Shown: positions 11,791 to 24,394 of the stretch, one piece after another
Layout: the number at the start of each line of letters is the position of its first letter
Numbering within the stretch: the first letter of the stretch is position 1
Assembly (NCBI GenBank): GCA_004431415.1
Contig: QPMI01000191.1
Location: forward strand, 12,570-76,569
Direction: 5' to 3'
From: Cyanophora paradoxa CCMP329
Lineage: Eukaryota; Plantae; Glaucophyta
Length of the DNA: 64,000 nt
Made by a program: the position numbers and the translations under genes
The notes under the pieces: model-generated
The model's database searches: none
What the model was told of the DNA's origin: nothing
The model's input: only the letters and a program-made list of their open reading frames with translations

Positions 11791-12467
11791 TCCTCCCGGC
11801 CCCTCTAGCTAATCCGCTATAGCTAAGGCCTCAGATCTCTAGCTATAGCTGGAAGCCGGCCGCCGGCCGCATGCGCACGCGCACGCGCACCGGCCCGGCG
11901 GCGCTCCGCGGCGCGCCGGGCTGGGCGCGCGCGCTGGCCGCCAGCTGCAGGCAGGCATGCGCATATGCATGCCAGGATGCGCACGCGAGGAGGTCTATAC
12001 AGCGGAAGGGGCCCAAAAAGCTGAGAAAGAGAGACGAACTCCTTGTAGCCAGGGGGACCTTGCATGGACTAGGCAGGGAGACTAGGAGACGAAGGAGAGG
12101 AGGCTGGCGCTGCATTAATAGCTTATGTTAGCGAAGCCCCATGGCCTAGCTGGGCGCTGAAGGCGCCCGGGTCGGTTGGTTAATCTCCCCTGAACCCAGT
12201 CGGCGGCGGGTGGGGCTCCTAGGGCTCCAGCGACGCCCGGGCATCGCATCGCGGCTGAATCATGATCGCCAGCGCCGTCTGTTGTCTGCCGAGTCGCTCG
12301 CGGCCGCACGTCTCCTCGACTCGCGGCGCTCGAGATGCGCGCTGCCCGCACATTGTACGCGCATGCTGCTTTGCGTCGTCGTGGTGCGAGCTTGGGAGTA
12401 TTATGTGGATGAAAAAGCTGCGTTCCTACCGAACTACGGGGCGGGCTGCTCGATCAAAGGGGCCCAT

Positions 12468-13259
12468 TCAATGCTTCTCCGCCGGCTTCCCGCCCTTCAA
12501 TGCACCGAAGAGTTCCGCGCTGCGATAGCGGGAACGGAGTTCAGCAAAGCGCGCGGGGGCGTGAGACGCTGTCGCCGTACCGGAACTGCGCGGCAGGACA
12601 GCGTCAGCGAAGCGCAGTATAAGCAGGTACGACGGGCGAATCGGCCGCACCTTCTGTGCCTCGATCTGGGCTTCAGAGAGACCCAACCTGCACCAGACGA
12701 TATATCAGCACGTTCCAGGAAGGTCGTTTGGCAGCGGCATGCGTTCTTGCGTACCGCCGGCCTTCGGCCTCGCGCCTGGCGACCTCCTCATCCACTCGGC
12801 GCAGCCGCATCTGCTCCTCCCGCCACAGGTACCTGTGCCCCGCAGGTCAGGCCGCCGTGCAGCCGCGAACGTCGGGCCCAAGAGAGAGACGCACTCCTCG
12901 TACTGGCACTTCTCATACGCGTGGCGCTCATCGGTGCACTTCCAGGGCATCCACAACGTTGCCTCGCGGCATTTGTTGAGGGGAACGAGGAGGTGTGCGC
13001 AGTAGTCCCGGAAAGCGATTTCGACCCTCGCATCAACCATCTCCTGGTGCGAGATCTTCATCGCTGCGCGCCGTATATCAGCAGCCGGCTGAGCGCGAGG
13101 AGACGAAAGAAGACCCAGGCCGGCCGAATGCTAGCCGAAAGAGCGCGCCCGCCGACAGGCGTTCGGCGAGATTCCAGGGCAAACCAACGCATCGACTAGT
13201 CCCTGCCGACCAAAGCCAACACGAATCCGCTCACCCCGGGGCTCTGCGGCGTGCGCCAT
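12468..13259 (-). CDS. NDUFB7: NADH dehydrogenase complex I subunit B18
   Basis: EMVDARVEIAFRDYCAHLLVPLNKCR..PWKCTDERHAYEKCQYEEY (twin CX9C); the spliced model includes a 5-nt exon at 12581-12585. Confidence 0.95.
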
Positions 13260-13413
13260 CCTTTTTTTCTGCAAGCAGGGTACGTCGACGTCGAGCGTGA
13301 ATCCGGTATCCGGTGTCAAGAAGCGGCCGGGCGGCAAAGCGTCGTCGCAGTGAAGCAGCGTGCCTCGTGGATCTCTTGGCTCGAGCTTCAGCGTAGCGCG
13401 CGGCCGAGGCGCA
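13260..13413. promoter_or_regulatory. 154-bp bidirectional promoter region between two mitochondrial-protein genes
   Basis: Divergent ATGs at 13259 (-) and 13414 (+). Confidence 0.7.
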
Positions 13414-13954
13414 ATGCTGCGGTACATCAAGAAGGTCCAGACAGTCGGCTACCCGCTTGGCGGGAAGCGGATCGCTTCGCTGCGGTAAGCTGCGCACGAT
13501 GCGGTGGCGCGGCCGCATCTGCTGAGGAATCGACGCCGGGCGCAGTGAGCTCCAGCAGAGGATAGCGGGCAAGAAAGCGTACCTGTCCAACCCCGTGTGC
13601 GAAATAGTGCACGAGGCTCGCTTTGACGGTGGCCCGTCTATCGCGAAGTTCACCTTCGGTGCGACAACCTTGCCCCTGTGCGACCGCACCCGCTGATCTC
13701 CGGCGCTCCAGTCGACAACACGGTGCTGGAGGTCGACATGTCATTCAAGAAGATTGAAGAGGTGCGCTGTTGTCGTGCCGCGGGCTGCCCTGCTTGCCGC
13801 TTGCCGCCCGGCGCCATCCGACCGTGCGCAGGTCATGGCAACATTGAAAGATCGTAACGAGCAGTTCGAAGAGAAAGAGGAGAACGAGGAGGATGATGAG
13901 GTTATCATTGTGAACACGATCGCAGAGATGGAGGCGTACGAGGACAAGGGCTGA
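13414..13954 (+). CDS. MRPL53: Mitochondrial ribosomal protein mL53 (4 exons; not represented as a single ORF in the ORF track)
   Basis: Spliced MLRYIKKVQTVGYPLGGKRIASLRELQQRIAGKKAYLSNPVCEIVHEARFDGGPSIAKFTFVDNTVLEVDMSFKKIEEVM..; matches the mL53 pattern KA..SNPxC.+....D.....+TF.+. Confidence 0.8.
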
Positions 13955-13955
13955 T

Positions 13956-14889
13956 TTATTTAGAATACTTGTTGCGGCTGCTGTTTTCCCGCTTCAAGCC
14001 ATTCGAATTCCGCATATTTTCTGTGACACGGTCATAAGCCTTTGATATGATATCGTCAGATAGCTCCAGACCGTCGGACGCTTTCCCATGGCCATACCCT
14101 ATCTTAGATCGGTGCCGTAGGCTCCCCTCCAGGGCCCCCAGCGCTGCCTTCCGACCCGGCCGCGCCCGCTCGCGCATGCCTTCGCCCTCAGCCATCCTGC
14201 AGGGAATCGCAATCTGATCTGAGGCTGCCTAGCGTGCACACGAACGCCTATTCCACATCTGAAATGGCTTGGACAACTAAAGCATATTTCTTATCTTGGT
14301 GAGGGCGTATTCGTCCGACAGAGTGTGCTTCCCATTCGGGTGTCGGACCTGTTCGGCGGATGAGCATTGGGGGCAGCAGCGGGTCCGGGCCAGAGCTGAC
14401 GAACCACGTTGTACTGAATGACGCGCCTCCTCGAAGCGCCTACGTCAAGGAACACGTTCTTGACTCCCGTAGCGATAGGCCGGAGCATGATGTTTTGCGC
14501 CGCGGTCGGCGCTGTCGAGGGCTGAGGCTTCGGGGGCTCCGGAGGCGGGGCTCCAGATAGCGAGACGCTCTGTATTTGTGCCTTCGCCAAGACCGCCGCA
14601 GCTGCCTGTTGCGCCTGCTGCGGGGTCGCTCCTCCTTTTAATGCCTGCTGTTCCGCGGCTTGAGCATGCTGGAGGGCGACCTGCCTCGCTTGTTGCTGGA
14701 TCTGCTGCTGCTGCTGCTGAACCTGCTGCTGGTACTTCGCGGGATCGACGCCAGGCGGCACCTGTACGTTCGGACTCTGCGTGAAGACATCAGCTCCACG
14801 AACGGAAGGCGACGCCCGGTGGAATTTCGCACCAGGGGCTGGTTCTCCTTTTGCTTGCCCTTCTTTGCTTTGCTATGCTTGCCTCCCAT
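13956..14889 (-). CDS. Gln/Ala-rich protein with a predicted N-myristoylation and polybasic membrane anchor
   Basis: MGGKHSKAKKGKQK N-terminus, poly-Q exon and phase-compatible GT-AG introns; last exon ends at TAA 13956-13958. Confidence 0.65.
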
Positions 14890-15243
14890 CACTTTGCGAG
14901 GGCTCGGAGTACCGGGAGCCTCTCAGTCGGGTATGGACTTCGTCTACGAGCGATCTAATCAAGGAACGCGCTGCTCTACCAGAGTCGGCGGAACGCGCCG
15001 ATAGCCGAAAGCCGAGAAAACGGAACCTGGATGACGGAAATTCGCGTACCCGGGTGACAGGTGATCTGGTGCAGCGCGCGAATGCAGCGGCAGCTTGGCG
15101 CGTACGTGGTTCCGAGTGCATCATCTGGGACAAGTCCCGAGAGCTACCGCGTCGCCGTCAGCCCCGCCTTGGTCTGCAGCTTCGATCCGGCGCGGGGGCT
15201 CCGCGGCGATTGCGCCGACTGCAGGAGGCCAGCTGAGGGCACG

Positions 15244-18200
15244 ATGTTTCGCGGGAGTTGCAGATTGCACGTCGCCCTCGCACGCCCAGCATGGCCTCGA
15301 TTCGCGCTCGCGGACCCGCGCGCTGGTCACCCGGCGCACGCCGCGGCGATCGCCGGCCGCAGCTCGTTTCTCGGGGAAAGGCGCGGCCTCCCGGCGGGCC
15401 TATCTCCCTCCCGCCTCGTCGCCTGGCCGCTGCAGCGCGAGCTGGGAATGAGGCTGGTGCGGACGCGGGTGCTCGAGGCACGGCAGACGCGAGCGGCGGC
15501 GTCCCCTGGCAAGGAAGCTTCGGCCGAGAAGCGGGCTGGCGGCGGGAAGGCGCTGGTGATTGTCGAGTCGCCGACGAAAGCGAAGACGATCAGCAAGTTT
15601 CTGCCCAAGGGCCGCTACGTCGTGCAGGCGTGCTACGGGCACATCCGGGACCTACCGAAGACGGCGAAGGACGTGCCGGCGGAGGCGAAGGGGACGGCGT
15701 GGGGGACGCTGGGGGTGAACGTGGAGGCCGACTTCGAGCCGCTCTACATCGTGCCGGCGGAGAAGAAGAAGGTGCTGGGGGAGCTGAGGCGGGAGCTGAA
15801 GGAGGCGGACGAGCTGATCCTGGCGACGGACGAGGACCGCGAGGGGGAGGCCATCTCCTGGCACCTCTGCGACGTCCTCCGCCCCGCCGTCCCCGTCAAG
15901 CGCATGGTCCCCGCCCGCCCCGCCCCGCCCCGCCCCGCCCGGCGCCGAGCGCGGGCAGGTCTTCCACGAGATCACGGAGCGGGCGATCAAGGAGGCCCTG
16001 GGGGCCTTCCGCGACATCGACATGAACCTCGTCCACGCCCAGGCCCGCCCCCGCCCCGCCCCGCCCCGCCCTCCCGCCCCCCGAGCCGGGCCCCCGCGCG
16101 CAGGAGGCGCGCCGGATCATCGATCGGCTGGCGGGGTACACGGTGTCGCCGGTGCTGTGGCGCAAGATCGCGCCGGGGCTCTCGGCGGGGCGCGTGCAGT
16201 CGGTCGCCCTGAAGCTGCTCGTCGACCGCGAGGCGCAGCGCCTCGCCTTCCGCTCCGCCGAGTTCTGGGACCTCGCCGCCGCCCTCGCCCCCGCCCCCGG
16301 CCCCGGCCCCGGCCCCGCCCCGCCGCCCGCCCCAGGCCCTTCCCCGCCGTCCTCACCCACCTCGACGGCCGCCGGTGCCCTCCCCCGCCCGCCCCGCCCC
16401 GTTGGCGGCTCAGGCGGGGGGCGGGCAGGCTGGTGAGCGGGAAGGACTTCAGCTCGGAGGGGAAGCTGGAGAAGGCGGCGGCGCAGGCGGGGGCGGTGCT
16501 GCTCGACGAGGCGGGGGCGCGGGCGCTCGCCGCGGAGCTCGCCGCGGCCGGCAACGAGTGGCGGGTGCAGGAGGTGGCGCAGCGGGACGGGCGGCGCGGC
16601 CCCGCGGCGCCCTTCGTCACCTCGACGCTCCAGCAGGAGGCGAACAGGAAGCTCGGCCTGTCCGCCAAGGAGACCATGCGGACCGCGCAGGTACCGGCGG
16701 CCCTCGCCCCCGGGTCGCGCCGCTGGCAGCTCGCGCTCTGACGCCCCCCCCCCAGGAGCTGTACGAGAGCGGGCTGATCACGTACATGCGGACGGACAGC
16801 CCCTCGCTCTCCCCGGAGGCCCTCGAGGCCGCCCGCGCCTCCGCCCGCGCCCTCTACGGCCCCGCCTGCCTCCCGCGGGCGGCCCGCACCTACGCGGCGC
16901 GCAAGGCGAAGGGCGCCCAGGAGGCGCACGAGGCGATTCGGCCGGCGGTGGGGCCGGCGGGGACCTTCGCCTCGCCGAGGGAGACGGGCCTGCAGGGGCG
17001 CCCCCTCGCCCTCTACGAGCTCGTCTGGATGCGCACCGTCGCCTCCCAGGCGCGCCCCCCGCCCTCCCGCAGCCCCGCCCCGCGCCCCCCGCGCTCACCG
17101 CGGGGCCGGCAGATGATCGACGCGCGCTTCAAGTTCACGACGGTGACGGTGGCGGCCGGCCCGGCGGGGCGGGCGCCGGCGCGGGCGACCTTCCGCGCCT
17201 CGGGCAAGGTCATCGAGGAGGCCGGCTTCCTGCGGGCGTACGCCGAGGGCAGGGAGGAGGAGGGCGAGGAGGCGGACGGGGAGAGCCTGCTGCCCCCGCT
17301 CGCCCCGGGCGACCGCCTCGCCCCCAGCGAGCTCGCCCCCAAGGTCCACCGCACCCAGCCGCCCCCGCGCTTCTCCGAGGTGCCCCGCCCCGCCCGCCGC
17401 GCCGGCTCCGCCCTCGCGCGCGGGCTGGATGCGAGGGCGTGGGGCGGGGCAGGCGCGGCTGGTGGAGGAGCTGGAGAAGCAGGGCGTGGGGCGCCCCTCG
17501 ACGTACGCCTCGATCATCGACACCGTGCTCGAGCGTGGCTACGCTGTGCGCGAGGCGGGCGGGCGCGCGCTGGCCCCGACCCTCGTCGCCTTCGCCGTCT
17601 CGGGGCTCCTCTCGCGCCACTTCGGGGACCTCGTCGACCCCGGTGCCCGCCCCAGCCCCAGCCCGCCCGCATCGCCCGCGCCCGCCCCGGGCCCGCTGAC
17701 GGGGCGCGGCGGCGCCCCGCAGCGTTCACCTCTGAGATGGAGTCGCACCTCGACGAGATCGCCGCCGGGCAGCGGCCCCACGCTGCCTACCTCCACGACT
17801 ACTTCCTGTCCGCCCCCCCGCCCCCCCGCAGGCCCTGTCCCGCGCTGAGCGGGGCGGGCAGCGGGGAGCGGGGCCTGAAGCGGATGGTGGAGGAGGCGGA
17901 GCCCGGAATCGACACGCTGACGGCGCGGCGGCTGGACCTGCTGCTCCCCGCCCTGCGCGACTCGGGCTTCCAGGTCCTCGTCAACAAGTACGGGCCCTAC
18001 CTGCAGACCGACGTCGGCGGCAAGCGGGTCGTGGCCTCGCTGCCGGCCGTCCTCTCCCCCGCGGAGCTCACCCCGGAGATCGTCCAGCGCGCCCTCGAGA
18101 ACGCCGCCCAGGGCCCGCAGCCGATCGGGACGGACCCCGCCTCGCGCCTCCCCGTCTACATCCTCGTCGGGCAGTACGGCCCCTACGTGCAGCTCGGCAC

Positions 18201-19075
18201 CGCCGACGACGCCGAGAAGCCGCGGCGGGCCAGCGTGCCCCGCGGCATGTCCGTCGAGGCCGTCGACCTCCCCACCGCCCTCCGCCTCCTCTCCCTGCCC
18301 CGCTCCCTCGGGGCGCACCCGGGGACGGGCAAGGAGGTCGTCGCCAACACGGGGCCCTTCGGGCCGTACCTCTCGCACGACGGCCTCTCGTGCCCGCTCC
18401 CCGCGGGGGACTCGCCGTACGAGGTGGGCATGGAGCGCGCCCTGGAGCTCCTCGCCGCCCTCCAGAAGCGCATCGCCCTCGAGTTCCCCCACCCCGACGA
18501 CGCCGCCCCCGTCCGCGTCATGACCTCCCGGCCCGCCCCCGCCCCCGCCCCGCCCCTGCGCTCCCTCTCGCTGACGGCGCGCAGGCTCGGGGTGACGCTG
18601 CGGCACAACAAGACGGTGGTGAAGCTGCCGCGGGGCACCGACGTGGCGTCCATCGGGCGCGAGGAGGCCCTCGCCGCCATCGCCCAGGCCGAGGGCGCCA
18701 AGCCGTGCGCCCCCTCGCCCCCGCCCCCAGCTCTGAAGGCGTCCCCTCACGGCGCTCCGCAGAAGCGGCTCGCGCAGGGGCAAGGCCGCGCAGGCCGCAC
18801 CGGAGGCGGCGACAGCCACCCCTGCAGCGCGCGGCCGCACGAAAGCTGCGGGGTCGGCTGCAGCCGCCCCGAGAAAGGCCCGCTCGACGACCACCCGCAA
18901 GGCCGCCGCCGCCGCGGGGGACGGCGAGGCGGCACCCAAGGCGCCCAGGGCAGCCAGGAGCGCATCGGAGCCGGCTGCGGCTGCAGGGGCGCGGCGGCGG
19001 CGCAGCACCACTGCAGCGGATGCGGAGCCCACCCGGGAACTGCCGCCCTCCCCCGCCCGCGGCCGCTTCCTGTAG
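15244..19075 (+). CDS. topA: Bacterial-type DNA topoisomerase IA with an organellar presequence
   Basis: [75 protein letters not shown], GxYGPY C-terminal repeats, and an Ala/Lys/Arg-rich tail. Confidence 0.97.
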
Positions 19076-19340
19076 CCGCCAGCTGTGAATTCGAATAACT
19101 CCACATCTGATGATCGGGCAGAATTGCGGAATTTGATCGCCGAGTCGGTCTCTCCGCTGCTAACCACAGCTGCAGCTTGCGTAGCGCTGCGCATGCAGAT
19201 CTAGACTTGATCATGAAAGGAAATTGAACTTGATCATCAAATGCGCAAGGCTCCAAGGCCCCCGTTCGAATCCTCTCGCGGTCTCTTTCAGGCCGCGCCT
19301 TCCGGGCGGAAGCTGCGCGTGCGGGAGCATCGAAGCAGCC

Positions 19341-21517
19341 ATGGCGTCGCTCTTCGAAAGCATCCAGGTAAAATCGCGTGTGTGTTTGCGCCGACCTCCT
19401 CGTTGCTCTCTGAGGCGCGCGGTACGCACAACGGCGCAGCAAGTCGCGAGTGGCTTCGGCAAGCAGGACATGGTGATGATCCGCCGAGCTCGCCGCCGCG
19501 CAGCGGCGTAGCTCATCGCGCCCGCGCAGGACCTGCCCATCGACATCAACCTGAACAAGATGCTAGGTGCGGCCGTCTGCCGAGCAGGCAGCGTCGATGC
19601 CAACACGATGCGCGGCAGATTGGCTCGTCGACCGGCGGAAGGTTTCGGCAAAGTGGCAGCAGTCGATTAAAGTGGCGCAGGCGAAGGCCGCGGCGGCGCT
19701 GCAGATGCTTCCTAAGGAGCTGAACGTGCACCCCGAGGGCGCCCGTGCGTGGGCTCTTCGCGCGCTGCAGGCCGCGAGCTGAGACGGGGCGCGGCGCAGC
19801 GCTCACCTACGTGGACTGCGCGCGCATCCAGGCGACGCTGAAGGCGCTGCCGTCAGCGCAGCAGCCGGCGTGGAGGACGATGCGGGCGTGGGCGGACGTG
19901 CTGCGCACCTACGAGAAGGAGGGCCTGCACCTCGCGGAGGGCACCTCGATCCTCGTGCAGAACGTCTCCTACGAGATCCCCTTCGTGAAGAAGACGATCG
20001 CCAAGTGCGCCAAGGAGCTCGAGGAGCTCGACAGGCGCGAGGTCGACCTCAACAAGGCCGCCGCCCTCGCCGACAAGAAGTTCAAGGAGCTCTGCGACAA
20101 GCTCCGCATCGCCGTGCGCGCCGCCAGGCCCGCCGCCGCGCGCGGCCCCGCCGCCCACGCTGGGGCGCAGGGCGAGAAGCCGCGGGCGGAGCTGGTGGCG
20201 TGCGTGGCGGAGCTGCCCGGGATCTGCGAGGCGACGGCGCGGGCGATTGCGGGGCAGCCGATCCGCGAGGCGCGCGCCCTGTACGACGGCTTCGTCAACA
20301 CCGTCGTCCTCGAGCAGGCGCCGCCGCACCCCGGCCCGCCCCCGGCCGGCAGCGCTGACGCGGCGCGCAGGCGGCGGGCAAGCGGGGGGCGTCGCTGCCG
20401 ACGCTGGGGCACATCGCGGACCACCTGGAGGAGGTCGTCCAGGCCTCCGCCTCGGCCGGTCTCCCGTGCGCCGGCCTCCGCGCCCCCGGAGCTCATCTGA
20501 CGCCCAGCAGCGCCTCCGAGGCCTCCGCGTCGGGTCCGAGCATCGACTGGGGAGACGGCGGCGGCGGCGGCGGCGGCGGCGGGGCGAACATCGATTGGGG
20601 CATCGAGACGACGGGCGGGAGCGGGGGCGGCGGCGGCGCCACCATCGACTGGGGCATCACCAGCGAGGGCGGCGAGGGCGGCAGCGGCGGCGGGGCGGGG
20701 CCGAGCATCGACTGGGGCATCACCAGCGACGGCGGCGCGGGGGAGGCGCCCAAGGAGATCGGCATCGACTGGGGCGAGGGGGCGGGCGGGGCGGAGGCCC
20801 CCGCGGCGCCCGCTGCGGCGGGGCCGGCGGGGAAGAAGTCGCTTGACGCGGCCGAGTTCCGCGCGGCGGCCATCGACGAGCTCCTCGAGGTGCCGGCCCC
20901 GCCGGGTCCCGCCCCGCGCGCTCTGAGCGGCGCCCGCAGCTCCAGGCGTTCCTGCGGCAGCGGAGCGCGGAGCTGGAGGGGAAGGGGGACGCGGCGACGC
21001 AGGCGGCGGCGGAGCAGCTGCAGATGCACCTGCTGAACCGGGCGTCGAGCATCGCGCCGGCGGTGCTGCAGCACGACCACGCGCCGTCCGTCGCCGCGTA
21101 CCGCGCCGCCGTCGACGCCGCGCTTGCCGCCATCGACGGCGCCCACGCCCGCCACGTCCTCCTCGTCCGCGGCTCCTCCAAGTGCCCCCGCGCCCCCGGC
21201 CCCGGCCCGCCCCGCCCGTCACGGCGTCCCTCACGCGCGCGGGGCGCCGCAGGTACGTCGACCGGCTGGTGGCGAGCGTCGAGCAGGCCAAGGCGCAGGG
21301 CGGCAAGCTGCGGGCGATGGCGGCCGGGCTCTCGCAGAAGCGCGGCGAGGTGCAGGCGCGCAACCGGGCCGCGCAGCCGCAGCTCGAGGCGCTTCTGGGG
21401 GCGACGCGGCAGCTCAAGGGCGCCCTCGAGCAGCAGATCTCCGCCATGTACCACGGGCGCGTCGTCCACATCATCGGCGAGATCAACACCCTCCTCGCCG
21501 CAGCCCCCCCCTCGTGA
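19341..21517 (+). CDS. CDK5RAP3: CDK5RAP3/C53 UFMylation and ER-phagy adaptor
   Basis: DLPIDINLNKMLDWLVDRR, LVQNVSYEIP, five IDWG motifs, and C-terminal ISAMYHGRVVHIIGEIN. Confidence 0.95.
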
Positions 21518-21652
21518 CTCCAAGCAAGCCAAGGCACTTGACTTTGTGTTTACAGGGAAAGGGGGTCGCCGGGGAGTGAGAGTGGGAGGGTGCCCCCAAG
21601 GGCATGGACGGGGGGCGCGAGGGGCGGGGCGGGGCGGGGCGGGGCGGGGGGC

Positions 21653-24394
21653 TCAGTTGTAGGCGACGATCTCGCGGCAGATGAGTTCCATGTCGGAGAT
21701 GTAGTTGACGCGCTCGGCGGCGATCACGCCGCACTTGACCCGCGACTCGTCTTGCCACATCTCGCTCTTCGCCCGGATCTGCCCCGCCGAGTGAGGCCTG
21801 CGCGCGGCGAGCGCTCGGCGCCGGAGCGGTGCCGGCCGGACCTTCATGGTGAGGCGCTTGAAGAGGCAGTCCTGGATGAGCTGCGCGTACTGCACGGGGT
21901 TCTGCCGCCGCGTGAGGTGTCCGCCTTCGCTCGGGCGGGGCGGCGGCTGGCGCACCGCCTCCTTGATCTCGTTGAGCTCGCCGGCGGAGATGCCGAAGAT
22001 CAGGTTGCCCTCCGTGTCGTACGCACTGATCATCTGCGCCGCCGTGTGGTCCGCCGCGCCCATGTTCAGGATGTACCTGCCCAGGCGTTGGCGATGGACC
22101 GCCGAGCGGCCGGAGGGGCTGGCGGAGCGAAGGGGGTTGGGCACCTGTAGATCGGCGCGTCGAACCAGTTGTTGCACTTCTCGCAGCGCCAGCGGCCCTG
22201 GGACTGGTCGAAGATGAGCTTCTTCTTGCAGTCACCGTTCTGCAGGGCGGGCCCCTGGTGAGCCTCGAAGCGAACAGAGCGGGGGAGGCAGGGATGCCGC
22301 ACGTTGCCCGGGCACGACGGGTAGTAGTGGTTGCTGTCGGGGCGGATGCTGGCGATGTAGGCGCGCGCCACGAAGACATCCGGCTGCGGTGCGGTTAGAT
22401 GCGGGGCGCGAAGCCGGCGGCGGGGCGGGGCGGGACGCGCCTTCTCCTTGAGGCCGAGGCCTTCGTCGGCGACAGCGGAGAGGGGCTTGCGGGGGTCCGT
22501 GGGGCGGATCGCCGAGCCGCCGCCGCCGCCCTGCGCCGCCGACAGGGACGCGACCGCGCCGGCGCCGCCGTTCTGGTCCCACCAGCTCCGCAGCTCGAAC
22601 GCCTCGGGCCGGTCCGGATCGAACTCCACCTGCGAGTCGTTGAGGGTCGACAGCGACTTGCCTGAGCACGCCGGCGGCGTCAGGCGCTGCTCGAGTAGGG
22701 AGGCGGGGCGCCGCTGGGCAGGACCGTTGTAGTCAGAGATCTTGCAGCTCTTGACGGCGATGACCGGCTGGCGGCCCTGCAGCTCGTCCCACTCGGGCAT
22801 CTTGGCCCGCTCCCCCCAGAACGTCAGCGTGATCGCGCGCCTGCCGGACCCCTCGCTCAGCGCCGCCTCGGGAAAAGGGATCCGGGGGCGCGAGCGTGCC
22901 CCGACTGGTCCGCGATCTCGATGTCGCGCTTGATGAGGTCCTTCCCGTCCTTCCGCGACTTGAGCTCCTGAAGCTGCCGCACGTCCTTCACCACGGCCAG
23001 CACATCTGCGCGCTCCCGTCGGCCCGTGCGCTTCAGGAGCTGGGCCCCCGGGCGCGAACGCACCGACGAGTTTGTTGGCCTCGATATTCTCGATGTTGGC
23101 GATCGGCACGAACTTGTAGTTGATGCGAGGGATGGAGTCCGCAGAGCCGTCGGAGACCTGATGAGGGGTAAGGAAGGGGCGAAAAGAGGGCGCAGCGAGC
23201 GGGGCAGAGCGGCGGGGTGCACCAGCTCGATCAGGGAGTTCTGGTCGAGGGTCATCTCGTACTCGCAGTTCGTGCGGTTAAAGCGCTTGTCTGCAACCTT
23301 GATCTGGCCCTTCTGGATAGAGTAGACCTGCGCAAGGCCTAAGCAGCCGCGCGGAACAGCCGCGCCGCGCGAACGCCGACCTTGTTCACTTCGATGACAT
23401 CATACCACTTCTTGACGCCTTCTGTGAAGAATGTGGCGCGCATTTCGCCGCCCTGAACGACCAGATAGGCTCAGAAGGAGAAAGGATCGGAGAAAAAGAA
23501 GAAGGAAGGAAAGAACCTGGTCGTCGAGCATCTCGATATTGAACATTTGGCCGGAGCCGCGCTGATTGTTCCAGTTTCGGATTGCGCTCTTGTTCGTGAT
23601 ACGGACGCGGATGTTCCAGCGCGCGTTGTACGGCGAAAGCGCTGAAATCGGCGTGAAGTTGCCAGACGGCATACCGGAGCTCTGAGCGATCGGGCGGCTT
23701 GGGTTCGCCCTGCGCAAGCGATCAGGGCAATGCAGGCAACAAAAAAGGCGAAAAGCTTGCACCCGCCATACGGTGCCGTGCTCCGCTGAGTCGGCGCGGG
23801 GGCTTGCGGCTGTGTGCGTGGAGGCTGCGCCGCAGCGGGACGCTGCTGCTGTTGCTGTTGCGGAGCGGCACCCGAGCCCGCACTGGATACGTCCTTCTCG
23901 AACGTCGCGGGATTGCCGATCTTATGGTCACACCTGCCGACGGGCGTGTAGCGAAGGACGATGATTACGCTGCCGAGGCACTCAGCAACGTCATGAAGCA
24001 GTCAGAGAAGCGACGTACCGGCGGTTCTGGATCAGGTTTGCGACGTGCTCCTCTAGAACGAGGACATCGTAAAGTCGGAGCGTCTCGTCGAGCACGTTTT
24101 GGTTCAGCTGCGTCGCCAACATGCCCTGCGAGCAGTGCACGCCATCGGATATCACGATCCTGCGGGGCAGCGCCGCGCGGCGCATCATCAACTCAGTTGA
24201 ACATGCACTTTCGCGCTGGCGCCATCCGAGGGGCGCTTGGCCTTGAAGTTGAAACATGCGCACCGATAACGTTCAAGAGCGTTACTCGTCGGTGCGACCT
24301 TCTTGATGTCGACGACCTGCAAGGTCGGCCGCAAGGTTGTGTCTCCGACGCCGACGATCTGATTGATTGCACCCGCGCTGAGCTGGTAGGCCAT
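21653..24394 (-). CDS. RPA1: Replication protein A 70-kDa subunit
   Basis: LSAGAI..LQVVDIKK, PISALSPYNARWNIRVRITNKSAIRNW, ADQSGRAITLTFWG, YYPSC..CKKK..WRCEKC zinc motif. Confidence 0.97.

Noticed and set aside
11860-12065. Possible further decayed exon fragment with footprints
   Set aside because: No source sequence in the window to confirm it.
16280-16340. Frameshift in topA (similar ones near 39090, 29940 and 470)
   Set aside because: All lie in G/C runs, mostly in otherwise intact genes; assembly indels are more likely than programmed frameshifting.
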